From: Rebecca billardiae RCC1528
Lineage: Eukaryota; Protista; Haptophyta
DNA length: 64,000 nt
Direction of reading: 5' to 3'
Assembly (NCBI GenBank): GCA_965240325.2
Contig: OZ251233.1
Location: forward strand, 1,798,001 to 1,862,000
The notes under the pieces were generated by a model. The model saw only the letters and a list, made by a program, of their open reading frames with translations. It was not told the DNA's origin and made no database searches. The position numbers and the translations under genes are program-made. Shown one piece after another: positions 1 through 12,642 of this stretch. Each line of letters starts with the position of its first letter. Positions within the stretch are counted from its first letter, which is position 1.

Positions 1-487
1 CGTTAGCAGGCGATATATGCGCGCCGAGACGGACTCGGCTGCATGCCCGCTGCCGCACTGTTATATCAGCTAGTATGCAGCATGCATGTATCACGTCACA
101 GTACCACTTACATATGTTAACTACCCGCCGCCGCCGGATGTAATTTATAAGAATGCCGCCTCCGCGGACGATGCTAGTCGGCCTAGTGGTTGGCAAACTT
201 TAATATAATAGTATCAGATTCGATGCAGCATGGCCGGATTCGAATGACGTAGAGTGGAATGTGACAGGCACACTAGCTTAAATGTGACGCCGCGGGCTGC
301 GCAGACGCGGTGTCATCGCGGCGTCCGAGGCTCCGACGACTATATATTACGACTATATATATATATACATATCCGCCAGAAGCGTGATCGTCTTGGCACC
401 CACGTGTCCTGATGACGCGGTACGGAGCAGTCGTTCTGCGTACGAGAGCGACTGTTCGGTACCGCATGAAGGCAGCGGCGTCTTGCC

Positions 488-1150
488 CTAAGAGCCCAGA
501 GATCCCCTGCTGGCATCCTGCGACGAGTCGGCAACGAACTGTAGGCTCCGGGGGGTGTTGAGCTGCGAGTCGGCCGTCAGATGTGACCGTGACAACTCAC
601 GGCCACGCGGTCCCTCGAACAGCTCGGCATGGGTCTCCGCTGAGGGCAGCCGCGATGCGTCGGGCGTGATCTCAGCCGTCTCGGCGCAACGGCCAACCAC
701 GAGCTCCCTCGCGCGGGGACAATGCACCAGATGCGGCCCGAAGCCATGCCTGTCAAACTCACGCTTGCACCCAGGGCACACGATGGCGTCGGACAAACAA
801 CTGGCCTGCTGCCGGAGCTCCTCGAGCTTGGAGCGGAGCATGGTCGCGGTGCGCGGTAGACGACGCGGCTTTGGATACGGCTGCCGAAGCTCCGCTTCCA
901 GCCCGGGGTGCTCGTCGTGCAAGCGCACGTGGTGGTCAAGGGACTTCTTGTGCCTCAGGGCCTTGCCACACCCTGGGCGTGGGCAGATGTGGCGCGCGCC
1001 GCCGTGCACGACCCGCGCGTGCGACCGAGCGTTCGAAAGGCTCGAGAACGTCCTCGAGCAGCTGGTGTCTGGGCACGGGAAGCGCGAGCGCTCCGGCTGT
1101 GCGCTCAGACTCTGGCTGCTGTCTAGCACCTTGGCCGGGGGAGGGCCCAT
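488..1150 (-). CDS. C2H2 zinc-finger protein
   Basis: Two C2H2 fingers (CPDTSC..HARVVH, CPRPGC..HVRLH) and a C2HC-like finger (CPGC..HLVHC). First in-frame ATG is at 1150; the ORF track starts at a GTG at 1246. Confidence 0.75.
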   Translation of the reverse strand: MGPPPAKVLDSSQSLSAQPERSRFPCPDTSCSRTFSSLSNARSHARVVHGGARHICPRPGCGKALRHKKSLDHHVRLHDEHPGLEAELRQPYPKPRRLPRTATMLRSKLEELRQQASCLSDAIVCPGCKREFDRHGFGPHLVHCPRARELVVGRCAETAEITPDASRLPSAETHAELFEGPRGRELSRSHLTADSQLNTPRSLQFVADSSQDASRGSLGS

Positions 1151-1347
1151 CGTGGATTCGTGACCGACGATGACCTCGTCGCCCCAAGCCCGAAGACTGG
1201 AATCCGGGTGGAATCCGGGCCTGGGGAAAGAAAAGCCGTTGACCACGCCATCTTAAATATTGTGCCGCGGCCACTGGCCATCGGGCCGGCTCGGCTGCTG
1301 ACCAACGACCTGTCCTCCGAGGCTTGCCGCGCGCGCACACGAAAGCC

Positions 1348-2573
1348 ATGTTCGAGGTGCGCGCTGGTGGGGGGGGGATGTGCCCGCGGGAGGACGCGCC
1401 GCCGCGCCGCGCTCGGATCTATCTACGCCCGCCACTGCGCACAGCGACCGTATTCTGGGGCACCGCGCGCCTGCCCGCGCGCGGGTGGCCTCTCGTGCGC
1501 GCCCTTTGGCTGCGCTCCGCGGCGCGGCCGGTCAGCGGCGGCTGACAGATGCAGGTGAGCACGGCGGCGGCAGCAGTGGGGAGGGGGGCACATGCAGCGC
1601 TTTAAAAGATCGACGCGCGCGCGCGCACGCGTGCCACCCGTCTCCTCGAGCATCGCCTGCACCGTCTGACGTGTCTGCGCCCGCCAATGGCGCGCGCCGC
1701 GCACACAGGCACGCTTGGTGAAGGGCGAGCTGCTCAAGAAGGTCATCGAGGCGCTCAAGGACCTGGTGAGCGAGGCGAACTTCGATGTGTCGAGCACGGG
1801 CATCTCGCTGCAGGCGATGGACAGCTCGCACGTCTCGCTCTGCGCGCTCTCGCTGCGCAGCGACGGCTTCGATCTCTTCCGGTGCGACCGCAGCATGCCG
1901 CTCGGCATCAACCTGCAGTCGATGTCGAAGGTGCTCAAGTGCTGCAACAAGGACGACATCGTCACGCTGAAGGCCGAGGACGACGGCGACACGATCAGCT
2001 TTATGTTCGAGTCGCAGGCGCAGGACCGGATCTCCGACTTCGAGCTGAAGCTGATGGACATTGACAGCGAGCACCTCGGCATCCCGGACACCGAGTACAA
2101 GGCGACGGTCATCATGCCCGCGGGGGAGTTCACGCGGATCTGCAACGACCTGTCGATCCTGGGCGAGACCGTCGGGATCAGCGTCGGGAAGGACGGCGTC
2201 AAGTTCACCGTGACTGGCGAGATGGTGCGCGCGCGCGCTCGCCTCTGCTGGATCACGCGCAGCGCGCGCGCGCCCCTGGCTGATGTGCGCCTGCTGCCGC
2301 GTCCCCGCCGCCGCGCAGGGCACGGGCAACATGACCGTGCGCGACAACGCCTCGGCGGACGTGAAGGACGAGGAGCGCGTCGAGATCGAGATGGACGAGC
2401 CGGTCAGCCTCAACTTCGCGCTGCGCTACCTTAAGAGCTTCTCGAAGGCGGCGCCGCTCGCCGACCGCGTGCACCTCTGCCTGTCGCGCGACGTGCCATT
2501 GCTCGTCAAGTACCAGATGGCGGACGTCGGCCACCTGTCGTACTACCTTGCGCCGAAGATCGACGAGGAGTGA
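1348..2573 (+). CDS. PCNA: Proliferating cell nuclear antigen; exons 1348-1356, 1709-2224, 2319-2573 (259 aa)
   Basis: Spliced product MFE|[11 protein letters not shown]...[11 protein letters not shown]...[10 protein letters not shown]. Two GT-AG introns restore a continuous frame. Confidence 0.97.
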
Positions 2574-3292
2574 GGCTGCCACAGGGTGACGCGTGCACCG
2601 GGCAGCGTCGGGGCCATCACAATCCAATAGCCGGTCGAATGGGCGAGGCGCTCAGCGGCTCGAGGCAGGCGTAGAGCCTTCATTCACGCGAGCTCGCGCT
2701 TAGGCCGCCTCACGGGCGCATCGGTAACTTATTGGCAGCACCGCGATCGCGGACTCTGCCGCGGAGGCTGTGCATGCTCAGCGTAGAGGCTGGCTGAAGG
2801 CGCAAACTAGTCAGCGGCGGCGCCGTTATGAACGCGGCTACAGTACCTGCGCCGTCGCGCCGCGATCGGACGATCGTCCGGACTGATCACGGTCAGACCG
2901 TCATGTAATTCGTAAATGCAACGACGAGAGAAAAGCCCGGCCGCTGCTGCGACGAAAAAGACGACGAATGCAATGGCCGCCTCGATGAGGTGCGGCAACG
3001 CGCCCCTCACCTGCCTGCGCCGGTCTGTTTTGTGGCGGTGTCTTTGTGCAGTGTGTGGATGGCGACAATCACGCCTTAAATCTTAATTAACCAAGTGTGC
3101 ACGTTAAAACTTAAAACATAGTTAACTGTAACGGAAAACGGCAAAACGCCGCGCGCGCGGGCCGCGGAGCCGCGGAATCGGAAATAATGATGGCTGCTGC
3201 TGGGGAGCCCGCGAGATCCACCATTGGCCGTCGCCGCCGCGACGCAGCCCTCAGCCGGCGGACTTCGTGAACGACGCTCATTAGTCATTGCC

Positions 3293-5062
3293 ATGGCGGC
3301 GTTTGCGACCGGCTTCATGGTGGGAGGTGCCGCGCTCGCCATGGCGGTGGGCTGGCCGCGCACCGCGCCAGCATCCTCGCTCCCGAGAGCGCTCACGATG
3401 GAGGGCCCGTTCGATGGCGTGGTGAGCACCCAGTGCGGCACGTACGCTGGCACGCGCGTGGCGCAAGAGCCCGGCGTGTGGACCTGGCGCTCGATCAAGT
3501 ACGCGCAGGCCGACCGATGGGCTCCGCCAAAGGCGGCAGCTTGTGACAAAGAGTCTTCCGCAGTGTACAACGCAAGCACGTGCGGCGCAGAGTGCGCGCA
3601 GCCCGGCCTCGTCGGGGGATTCACCGGCGTGGAGGACTGCTTGTCGCTGACCATCGTTGCGCACGAGCGCGCGATCGCTTCGAGTATGAGCGGCGGCGTG
3701 CCCGTCATCGTGTGGCCGCGCTCAGCCTCGCTCGTGTATGGCGCGGGCTGCGACCAGCCTGGTTGGGGCGGGTCGTGGGCGCTCGCGGCCGATGCGCGCG
3801 CGATCGTCGTCGGCGTGTCGTTCCGCCAAGGTGTGTTCGGCTTCCTCCACCTCGAGGGTGACGACGGCGAGCCCCTCCTCGGCCCAACCGCCAACAACGG
3901 CATCCGCGACGTGCTCGCGGCGCTGCGATGGGTCAAGGCACACGCGCGCGCTTTTGGCGGAGACCCGGCGCGCGTGATGGTGATCGGCGAGTCGTCGGGC
4001 GGGACGGTCGCGAGCTCGCTGCTGGTCTCGCCGCTCGCGCGCGGGCTGCTGCACCGCGTGTACGCCGCCTCGCCCTCCGTCACGATGGCCACGCCCGCGC
4101 AGGCGTCTGCGAGCTGGTGGCGGCACCTGGTAGCGAACCTGCCAGCGAAATGCACGACCAGCGCAGATGCGGTGCGCGTGTGCCTCGCGCGCATGCCGGC
4201 CAGGGTGATTCTGAAGGCGGTGGACAAGGTGGCGCTCGGCACGCCGTGGGCGTTCACCCTGCCGATGCGCCCCGCCGCCAACGAGACCACCCTCTTCTTG
4301 CCCGTCGTCGATGGCACCGTGATCAGCTGCGCCCCAGCCGAGGTCGGCTCTGCGCCGCGCGAGCTTGTCGCCTCGCTGCCCATCGCGCATGCCGCCGTGC
4401 TCGTGGGCATGACGCGCGAGGAGGTGGACTTTGCGTTCAAGAAGCCGCATCATAAAGTGCTCCGCGACTTCAACGCGACTCACGTGCGCCCGTGGGCCAA
4501 CGTGCTCGGCGAGGGCGACGACTTCGTGCGCGGTGTGTCCGAGGCCTACGGCCCGCGGGGCGGCGACGACGGTGGTGACGGCGGCGGCGCAGATCGCGAG
4601 CAGCGCATCATGCAGCTTGCATCAGACATGCGCGTCGTGTGCCCGGCGCGCGCGTTCGCCATCGCCGCCGCGCGCGCGAGCGCGCCCTTCGGCGGTAGCG
4701 CGTTCGCGTACCTCCTCACGCACACCCTCGGCTCGGCCTCGCACCTCTTTGGCGGCACGCAGCGCTACGCCTTCCACACGCTCGATTTCGAGGTGCTGGT
4801 GATGCGGTCGAGCGGCGGCTACCGCGGCAGGGGCTGCCTCTTCGACGTGGCCATGTCGGCCGAGGATGAGCGCGTGGGCGGCGCGCTGCGCTACGCGATC
4901 CTCAGCCTTGCCGAGAGCGGCTCGATGCTCGGCTGGGCCGCTGCGGCACGCGGTGCCATGTGCTCGGTCGACACGACGGGTACCCACTGCAGCCCGACGC
5001 TCAAGGCGCGCGAGTGCGGCGCGCTGCGCGACAACGTGCTCAAGTACGCGATCGTCAACTGA
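3293..5062 (+). CDS. Type-B carboxylesterase family alpha/beta hydrolase with N-terminal hydrophobic anchor
   Basis: Motifs EDCLSL, GVFGFL, FGGDPARVMVIGESSGG (nucleophile elbow), candidate Glu (GMTREE) and His (AFHTLD). Intronless; first in-frame ATG at 3293. Confidence 0.85.
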   Translation: MAAFATGFMVGGAALAMAVGWPRTAPASSLPRALTMEGPFDGVVSTQCGTYAGTRVAQEPGVWTWRSIKYAQADRWAPPKAAACDKESSAVYNASTCGAECAQPGLVGGFTGVEDCLSLTIVAHERAIASSMSGGVPVIVWPRSASLVYGAGCDQPGWGGSWALAADARAIVVGVSFRQGVFGFLHLEGDDGEPLLGPTANNGIRDVLAALRWVKAHARAFGGDPARVMVIGESSGGTVASSLLVSPLARGLLHRVYAASPSVTMATPAQASASWWRHLVANLPAKCTTSADAVRVCLARMPARVILKAVDKVALGTPWAFTLPMRPAANETTLFLPVVDGTVISCAPAEVGSAPRELVASLPIAHAAVLVGMTREEVDFAFKKPHHKVLRDFNATHVRPWANVLGEGDDFVRGVSEAYGPRGGDDGGDGGGADREQRIMQLASDMRVVCPARAFAIAAARASAPFGGSAFAYLLTHTLGSASHLFGGTQRYAFHTLDFEVLVMRSSGGYRGRGCLFDVAMSAEDERVGGALRYAILSLAESGSMLGWAAAARGAMCSVDTTGTHCSPTLKARECGALRDNVLKYAIVN

Positions 5063-6045
5063 TGCGCACCACGCGCTGACGGTGTGTGTAGTGTTGGGCG
5101 GTCTCGCTCACGGCGGCGCCGATGACGGTCGCTGGCGGGCCTTCCAGCTGGGCCCGCTGGGAGTGGAAGTCCCGCTACCGAGTTTAATATTTATAAGTTA
5201 TACTATACTAAGAATAAATAAGAGACGCACACAGCTCACGGGCAGGCGAGTTACTACTGTATTTATTCCATCAGGGAGCAGAATCCGCCTGTGCCAATTT
5301 CAGACTGCCAAATAAATGTCGTAGTGATCTAGCCGGTAGTGCGATTCTGCGGTGCAAATAGCGAGATCACCTTGGAGATCGTGTATCTCCCCTACTAATG
5401 TTGCAGAGATCGCGTCGACTAATTAGTGATTGAGGTCGTATATAGGCTCCAGTATGGGGGTATGTGACATTTTTTCGCAAAAGTTACTATCTTACTTATC
5501 AGCGTGACCCCAGGTCGTCGTCATATATATCATTTCAGGCGAATATTGACATCCCGAAGTTTGAGAGCCTCATGCCCTCGTCTCAAGAGACAAGACGACA
5601 GACAGTTGGATTTTGGGCCACTACACACCCCACTACAGTCCTTGGGGCTCTGACCCCCGTCTACGTCGTACCGATAGCTTACCGCGCCGGGGGCGGGTTG
5701 CCATCCGATCCGATGAGGTTCAGGTTGACAGAGACTTAGATTGAGTCGTCATCATCATGTACTGTCGGATGCCGGCGCTGTACTCTACGCCGCTGCGTCG
5801 AGTGAGACAGCACAGCTTGACTGCGTGAGTCAGTGCTGTGCATGTGCTATGAGCCGTCGCTGCGTCGTCGACGACTCGATGACTCGTCATCGCATCAGGT
5901 AATATATCGTAGTGCATAGGCATCAGCAGCCGCGCAGACGCTGAAGTCCGCGGCTGATCGACAACGGTCTAGTGCGCGCGTTTTGATGTGTCATGTGATG
6001 ACGGCGACGATCCATATAGTAACCGTGCGTCACAATGATTATTTA

Positions 6046-8388
6046 CCAGGTCGTTCCCCCTGCACTGGGAATCCGCGGTTTGGACATACGAGAAAAACAG
6101 CCGCAGGACGCACCCGTCGCTACCCGCGAATAAGATTTTCAGGTCTCGCGGGTGCGGATGTGCGTCAATCGATGAGCTGGTCTCGCAATCCCAAAATTGA
6201 GCCGCAACGAGATAGAAGGCAGGGCGGAGCCCCCGGTGGCGGCTCGGCAGGCGAGGGCCGACCAATCTTGACCTTTTGCCCTCGGCGGCAGGCGGGCAGT
6301 GGCAAGGCCGCCGAGCGCCGTTGGCGGGCGGCGCGCCCGGGGCACGCCGCACGGCGCTGCGGGCGCGGATGTGCTCGCGGAGCCGGCTTGCGTGGACAGG
6401 CTGTCGCGGGAGAGTATCTGGCGCCCTCCTGCGCCGCGCGTCTCGCGCCACGCCTCTTTTCGCCGCGGCTCAGGGCAGCGCGCACGCGCGCGCTGCCTCG
6501 AGGCCCGAGCACTGCCGCGCCGCAGCCAACCGCGCGCGCGCCGTGCGCGGCGTGGTCGGGAAGGAACGGGGGGTGCTGCCGGGCGAGATGACGACATCAT
6601 GTGCGCACGCCATGCCGCCCCGCGGCGCCGCGAAAGGGCACGATAACGGATCCGCACAGCTGTTGACGAGTGCTGATTTCTTGTCGTGCCTGAAGCCAGA
6701 CCTGAGCTCGAAGAAGATGATGAAAGTGCATCCGCGCGAGGAAAGCGTCGCACCCAGCACTTCTACATGACCACGCAGTGATGAACATTCATGTAAGAGT
6801 TTCCCGCGTGCCCGTCTGGCACTGTTCTGTGTCTCAATGATCGTCCCGACAAGGGTCACGACCGCGAGGCCGCGTGCACACCATTTGTGACAACTCGAAG
6901 AGGCGTGCAAACGGACCGGCGACACGCTCGGCAAGGCGTGGCGGGGCGGCATGGCGTGCGCACATGATGTCGCCATCTCGCCCGGCAGCCGCGCCCGTTC
7001 CTTCCCGACCACGCCGCGCACGGCGCGCGCGCGGTCGGCTGGCGGCGCAGGCAAGGCTGGCCTTGAGGCGGCGCGCGCGTGCGCGCTGCCCTGAGCCGAG
7101 GCGAAAGAGGCGTGGCGCAAGTCGAGCGGCGCAGGAGGGCGGCAGATACTCTCCCGCAACAGCCCGTCCACGCACGCCGGCTCCGCAAGCACATCCGCGC
7201 CCGCAGCGCCCTGGCCCGGGCGCGCCCCCCAGCCAGCGGTCACGACCGCGAGGCCGTGGCACACCTGACACCATTTGTGACAACTCGAAGAGGCGTGCAA
7301 ACGGACCGGCGACACGCTCGGCAAGGCGTGGCGCGGCGGCATGGCGTGCGCACATGATGTCGCCATCTCGCCCGGCAGCCGCGCCCGTTCCTTCCCGACC
7401 ACGCCGCGCACGGCGCGCGCGCGGTCGGCTGCGGCGCAGGCAGGCAAGGCTGGCCTTGAGGCGGCGCGCGCGTGCGCGCTGCCCTGAGCCGAGGTGAAAG
7501 CGGCGTGGCGCAAGTCGCGCGGCGCAGGAGGGCGGCAGATACTCTCCCGCAACAGCCCGTCCACGCACGCCGGCTCCGCAAGCACATCCGCGCCCGCAGC
7601 GCCCTGGCCCGGGCGCGCCCCCCAGCCAGCGGTCACGACCGCGAGGCCGTGGCACACCTGACACCATTTGTGACAACTCGAAGAGGCGTGCAAACGGACC
7701 GGCGACACGCTCGGCAAGGCGTGGCGCGGCGGCATGGCGTGCGCACATGATGTCGCCATCTCGCCCGGCAGCCGCGCCCGTTCCTTCCCGACCACGCCGC
7801 GCACGGCGCGCGCCGCGGTCGGCTGCGGCGCAGGCAAGGCTGGCCTTGAGGCGGCGCGCGCGTGTGCGCTGCCCTGAGCCGAGGCGAAAGAGGCGTGGCG
7901 CAAGCCGCGCGGCGCAGGAGGGCGGCAGATACTCTCCCGCAACAGCCCGTCCACGCACGCCGGCTCCGCAAGCACATCCGCGCCCGCAGCGCCCTGGCCC
8001 GGGCGCGCCCCCCAGCGCCGGGCCAGCGGCATCGATCGCACTCGCCGCCGCCCGGCTGCAGGGGGCGGGTCAGAATCGGTGCTCCGCACCCGCGGGAGGG
8101 CTCCCGCCTCCGCTTGCACACGAAGAACTCATTTCCAGCGCGCATCGATTTCGTGAGCGGACTATCGCTGACGAGGCTGATTACTGCTTTCCACGGCTTT
8201 GCCGCGCTCGGGATTTGGCTTCTCCAATGGATGGATGTAGTTTCGTCATTTTCAATTGGAAAGCTCGATTAGATCGTTCAAGTGGTCTGATAGAGCAAGC
8301 GGAAGACTAAATCTGCGTTGCTATGCAGCGGCCTCGCGCTCTGAATAGTGCGAAACCGCGGATTCCCAGTGCACGGGGAACGACCTGG
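6046..8388. mobile_element. Non-autonomous Tc1/mariner-like TIR element with foldback interior
   Basis: 36-bp TIRs CCAGGTCGTTCCCC(C/G)TGCACTGGGAATCCGCGGTTT at 6046-6081 and 8353-8388 (1 mismatch), each flanked by TA. No transposase recognised. Confidence 0.8.
6854..8016. repeat. Three tandem ~385-393 bp units, with an inverted diverged copy at ~6325-6625 and a partial copy at ~18925-19008
   Basis: Unit start GGTCACGACCGCGAGGCCG recurs at 6854, 7238 and 7631; ORF-track translations repeat accordingly. Confidence 0.95.
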
Positions 8389-8455
8389 TAGATATTGCCT
8401 CGAAGCCTACTCTCAGGCTGCCGTGACCCCGGGGATCGGTCACAGCTTATAATGC

Positions 8456-8565
<110 letters not shown>

Positions 8566-8620
8566 CACGTACACGTCTCTGGGGCCGCGAGCGGCCTCGG
8601 GCCAAGCCTGGCCAAGCTCC

Positions 8621-9503
8621 TCACGCCGCGGCAGCATTGCCCGCTGCCGCGCGCGCAGCGCCGAGAATATGGGCGCAGATCTCGTCCACACCCTTACCAT
8701 GCTTCACCGCGGCGAAGACCGTCGGCCCATCGCCACGCATTCGCGCCGAGTCTCGCTCCATCACGCCCAGGTCGGCCCCGACCGCCTCTGCCAGATCCAC
8801 CTTGTTCACAATGAGAAGGTCAGACTGCGTAATGCCCGGACCGCCCTTGCGCGGCACCTGGGCGCGTGGGCGCGGGGCGTGGGCGCACGTGAGTACGTGC
8901 CGCGGGCGTGGGGCACGCCCGGCGTTCGAGCCTCGCATATCACACCTTGTCGCCGCCGCTCACGTCAACCACGTAGATCGTGAAGTCCGCGAGCTCTCGT
9001 GAGAAGTTGGCCGCAAGGTTGTCGCCGCCCGACTCGCAGATGAGGAGCTCAGGAGGCGGCGAGCACTCGCGCATGAGGCCCTCAAGAGCGGCAAGGTTGG
9101 AGGAGATATCCTCGCGGATCGCCGCGTGCGGGCATCCGCCCGTCTCGACGGCGCGGATGCGCTCCCCGCTGAGGGCGTCGTTGCGGCCCAGGAACTCGGC
9201 ATCCTCGCGCGTGAAGATGTCGTTCGTGACGACGCCGAGCGAGACCTCGTCGCGCAGCCGCTGGCAGAGCTGGAGCACCAGCGCCGTCTTCCCAGAGCCC
9301 ACCGGCCCGCCGATGCCCACGGTGAAGGCGCGCGTGCGGAAGTTGCGCAGCTGCCACTCCGGCCGCTCGCGCGCGGCAAAGTCGCCAGGGCCGTGCGCGT
9401 GGTCGTGTGTGTGGGTCATGTGGGTTCGCACGTGCACGAGTGGTGCGCCAAGCGCGCGCTGCGCGGTCCGGCCGACTCCCAGCGAGCGGAGTGCGAGGGA
9501 CAT
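8621..9503 (-). CDS. ureG: Urease accessory GTPase UreG; exons 9503-8946 and 8857-8621 (264 aa)
   Basis: His-rich N-terminus, P-loop [32 protein letters not shown]|[12 protein letters not shown]; 88-nt GT-AG intron. Confidence 0.96.
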
Positions 9504-9845
9504 CGCGCTGTCGGCGGGCGGCCGGCTCGCGTGTTCGCGGCCCGAATGCGAACGCGTGGCGGTGGTCTCGATCAGCTGACAGAACGTGAACGGGAACCGC
9601 TGCGCGCGGGGTGTCCGCGAAATCGTATCTACGATATCGCTTCCGGCCCCAGATTCAGACTCGCATTTATGATAGCCGTAGTAGCAATCAGTCTGGGCAG
9701 CTACTACTACCGTACCGTACTCATACGAGCAAGATGTTTGGTTCTGCTGCCATATTCAAGGCTCCGGCTGGACGGACAGATCGCCGAGCTTGGCCTCGGT
9801 CAGCCCGACACTCGCCGAGGCCGGCGCATTTGCGAGCGCCCGACG
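9504..9845. promoter_or_regulatory. Putative bidirectional promoter shared by ureG and urease
   Basis: 342 bp between divergent ATGs, more AT-rich than the flanks. Contains the dyad ATCGTA-TC-TACGAT (9622-9635) and is conserved in the second copy. Confidence 0.6.
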
Positions 9846-12642
9846 ATGCTCGGCGGCCTGGCCTCGCGTGCGGCGGGCCTGTTGGCCCGCGCCGCGCACG
9901 CGCGCTCGATGCACCTGTCGCCGCGCGAGCTCGACCACCTGCGACTCTCGCAGGTGGGCCAGCTCGCTCAGCGCCGCCTCGCGCGCGGCGTTCGTCTCAA
10001 CCACCCGGAGGCTGTGGCGCTCATCTCCTCGCAGATGATGGAGGCGATCCGCGAGGGCTCGCCCGTGTCCACGCTGATGACGCTCGGGCAGCGTATCCTC
10101 GGCCGCCGGCAGGTGATGCCTGGCGTCGCGTCCCTCATCCACGAAGTGCAGGTGGGCGCGCCGCGCGCGCGCTCTTGAAGACCCTTCTGCGCGTGCGCGC
10201 GCGCGCGCGCGCGAGGCGGGTGGCTCGCGCGCGCACTGTGAGACGAGCGCGCGCGCGCGGCGGCCTCGGGGCGCAGGTGGAGGCCACGTTTCCCGACGGC
10301 ACCAAGCTGCTCACCGTGCACAACCCGATCGCCCAGGAGGACGGCGACCTCGAGGAGGCGCTGCGCGGCTCATTCCTGCCGGTGCCTCCGCTCAGCGCGT
10401 TCGGGGGCGCCGCCGCCGACACGGTCGTGCCGGGCTCGTACGCGCACGCCGAGGGCGAGATCGAGCTGAACGCGGGGCGCTCGCTCATCGAGCTCGGCGT
10501 GACGAACACCGGCGACCGCCCGATCCAGGTCGGCTCGCACTACCACTTCCTCGAGACGAACAAGGCGCTCGTCTTTGACCGCGCGCAGGCGCTCGGCCGC
10601 CGGCTCAACGTGCCCGCGGGCTCGAGCGTGCGCTTCGAGCCGGGCGAGTCGAAGACGGTGACGCTGGTCGAGATCGCGGGCGGCAAGCGCGTCGTCTCGG
10701 GCAACCGGCTCACCGACGGCGTCGCCAGCCCCGACCGGCTGCCGGAGGTGATGGCGCGCGTGCAGGCGGGTGGGTTTGGGCACAAGGAGGCGGCGGCCGT
10801 GCCGGGCAAGCCGCTCAAGCTGAGCCACTCGCAGTACGCGGACATCTTCGGGCCGACGGTGGGCGACTGCGTGCGGCTGGGCGACACGGGGCTGCTCGCG
10901 CGCGTCGAGAAGGACGCCACCGTGTACGGCGACGAGTGCAAGTTCGGCGGCGGCAAGGTGCTGCGCGAGGGCATGGGGCAGGCGACGGGCGTGGGCGCCG
11001 CGGACGCGCTCGACGTCGTCATCACCAACGCGCTCATCATCGACGCGGTGCAGGGCATCGTCAAGGCGGACATCGGCATCAAGGTGCGCGCGCGCGGCGC
11101 GCCCGTGCGCCGCCCCCGCGCGCGCCAGCCGCCGACGCTCCCGACCCTCGGCCCGTCCGCCGCGCGCGCGCGCGCGCGCGCCCCATCCCGCAGGGCAACC
11201 GCATCGTGGGCATCGGCAAGGCGGGCAACCCAGACGTGATGGCGGGCGTGACGCCGGGGATGGTGACGGGCCTGACCACCGAGGCGATCGCGGGCGAGAA
11301 GATGATCGTGACGGCGGGCGGCATCGACACGCACGTGCACTGGATCTGCCCGCAGCTGATCGACGAGGCCCTCGCCTCCGGCCTCACCACCATGTACGGC
11401 GGCGGCACCGGGCCGGCGACGGGCACGAACGCGACCACGTGCACGCCCGCGCCGTCGCAGGTGCAGATGATGCTGCAGGCCACCGACGTGTTCCCGATGA
11501 ACTTTGGGTTCTCCGGCAAGGGCAACTCGTCCGCGGTGGACGGGATGTTCGAGGTGATCGAGGCGGGCGCCGCCGGCCTCAAGCTGCACGAGGACTGGGG
11601 CACGACGCCCTCGGTGATTGACACCGCGCTCGGCTTTGCGGACGAGCACGACGTCGCGATCACCATCCACACCGACACGCTCAACGAGTCCGGCTTCGTC
11701 GACGACTCGATCGCGGCGATGAAGGGGCGCACGATCCACACGTACCACTCGGAGGGCGCGGGCGGCGGCCACGCGCCCGACATCATCAAGGTGTGCGGCC
11801 TGCCGCACGTGCTGCCCTCCTCGACCAACCCGACGCGGCCGTTCACGGTCAACACGATCGACGAGCACCTCGACATGCTGATGGTGTGCCACCACCTGGA
11901 CAAGAACATCCCGGAGGACGTCGCCTTCGCCGAGTCGCGCATTCGCGGCGAGACGATCGCGGCGGAGGACATCCTGCACGACACCGGCGCCATCTCGATC
12001 ATCTCGTCCGACTCGCAGGCGATGGGGCGCGTGGGCGAGGTGGTGGCGCGCACGTGGCAGACGGCGCACAAGATGAAGGAGCAGCGCGGCGCACTGCCCG
12101 AGGACACGTCGAGCGGCGACGACAACACGCGCATCAAGCGGTACGTGGCCAAGTACACGATCAACCCCGCGCTCGCGCACGGCATGGCGCACGCCGTCGG
12201 CTCGGTCGAGGTGGGCAAGCTGGCCGACCTCGTCCTGTGGAAGCCGGCGCTCTTCGGGGCCAAGCCCGAGATCGTCATGAAGGGCGGAACGATCGCGTGG
12301 GCGCAGATGGGCGATCCCAACGCGTCCATCCCGACGCCGCAGCCCGTGGTGATGCGGCCGATGTTCGGCGCGTTCGGCTCGGAGGCGATCGGTGGCACGT
12401 CGCTCGCCTTCGTGTCGCAGGCGGCGGCGCGCGCGGGCGTGGGCTCGAGGTACGGCCTCAAGAAGGGCGTGGAGGCGGTGAAGCGCTGCCGCGCGGTCAG
12501 CAAGGCGGACATGGTGCACAACAGCCACTGCCCCGACATCAGGGTCGACCCGGAGACGTTCGAGGTGACCGCGGACGGCGAGCGCCTCACGTGCGAGCCC
12601 GCAAAGGTGCTGCCGCTCGCGCAGAAGTTCTTCCTCTTCTGA
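9846..12642 (+). CDS. URE: Single-chain eukaryotic urease (gamma-beta-alpha fusion); exons 9846-10151, 10277-11083, 11194-12642 (853 aa)
   Basis: [70 protein letters not shown] flap, SDSQAMGR; two GT-AG introns. Confidence 0.98.

Noticed and set aside
9711-9722. Tandem GTAC cores as a Cu/Ni-response element in the urease promoter
   Set aside because: A 4-mer is expected by chance, one core is lost in copy 2, and the corresponding regulator is not shown for this organism.
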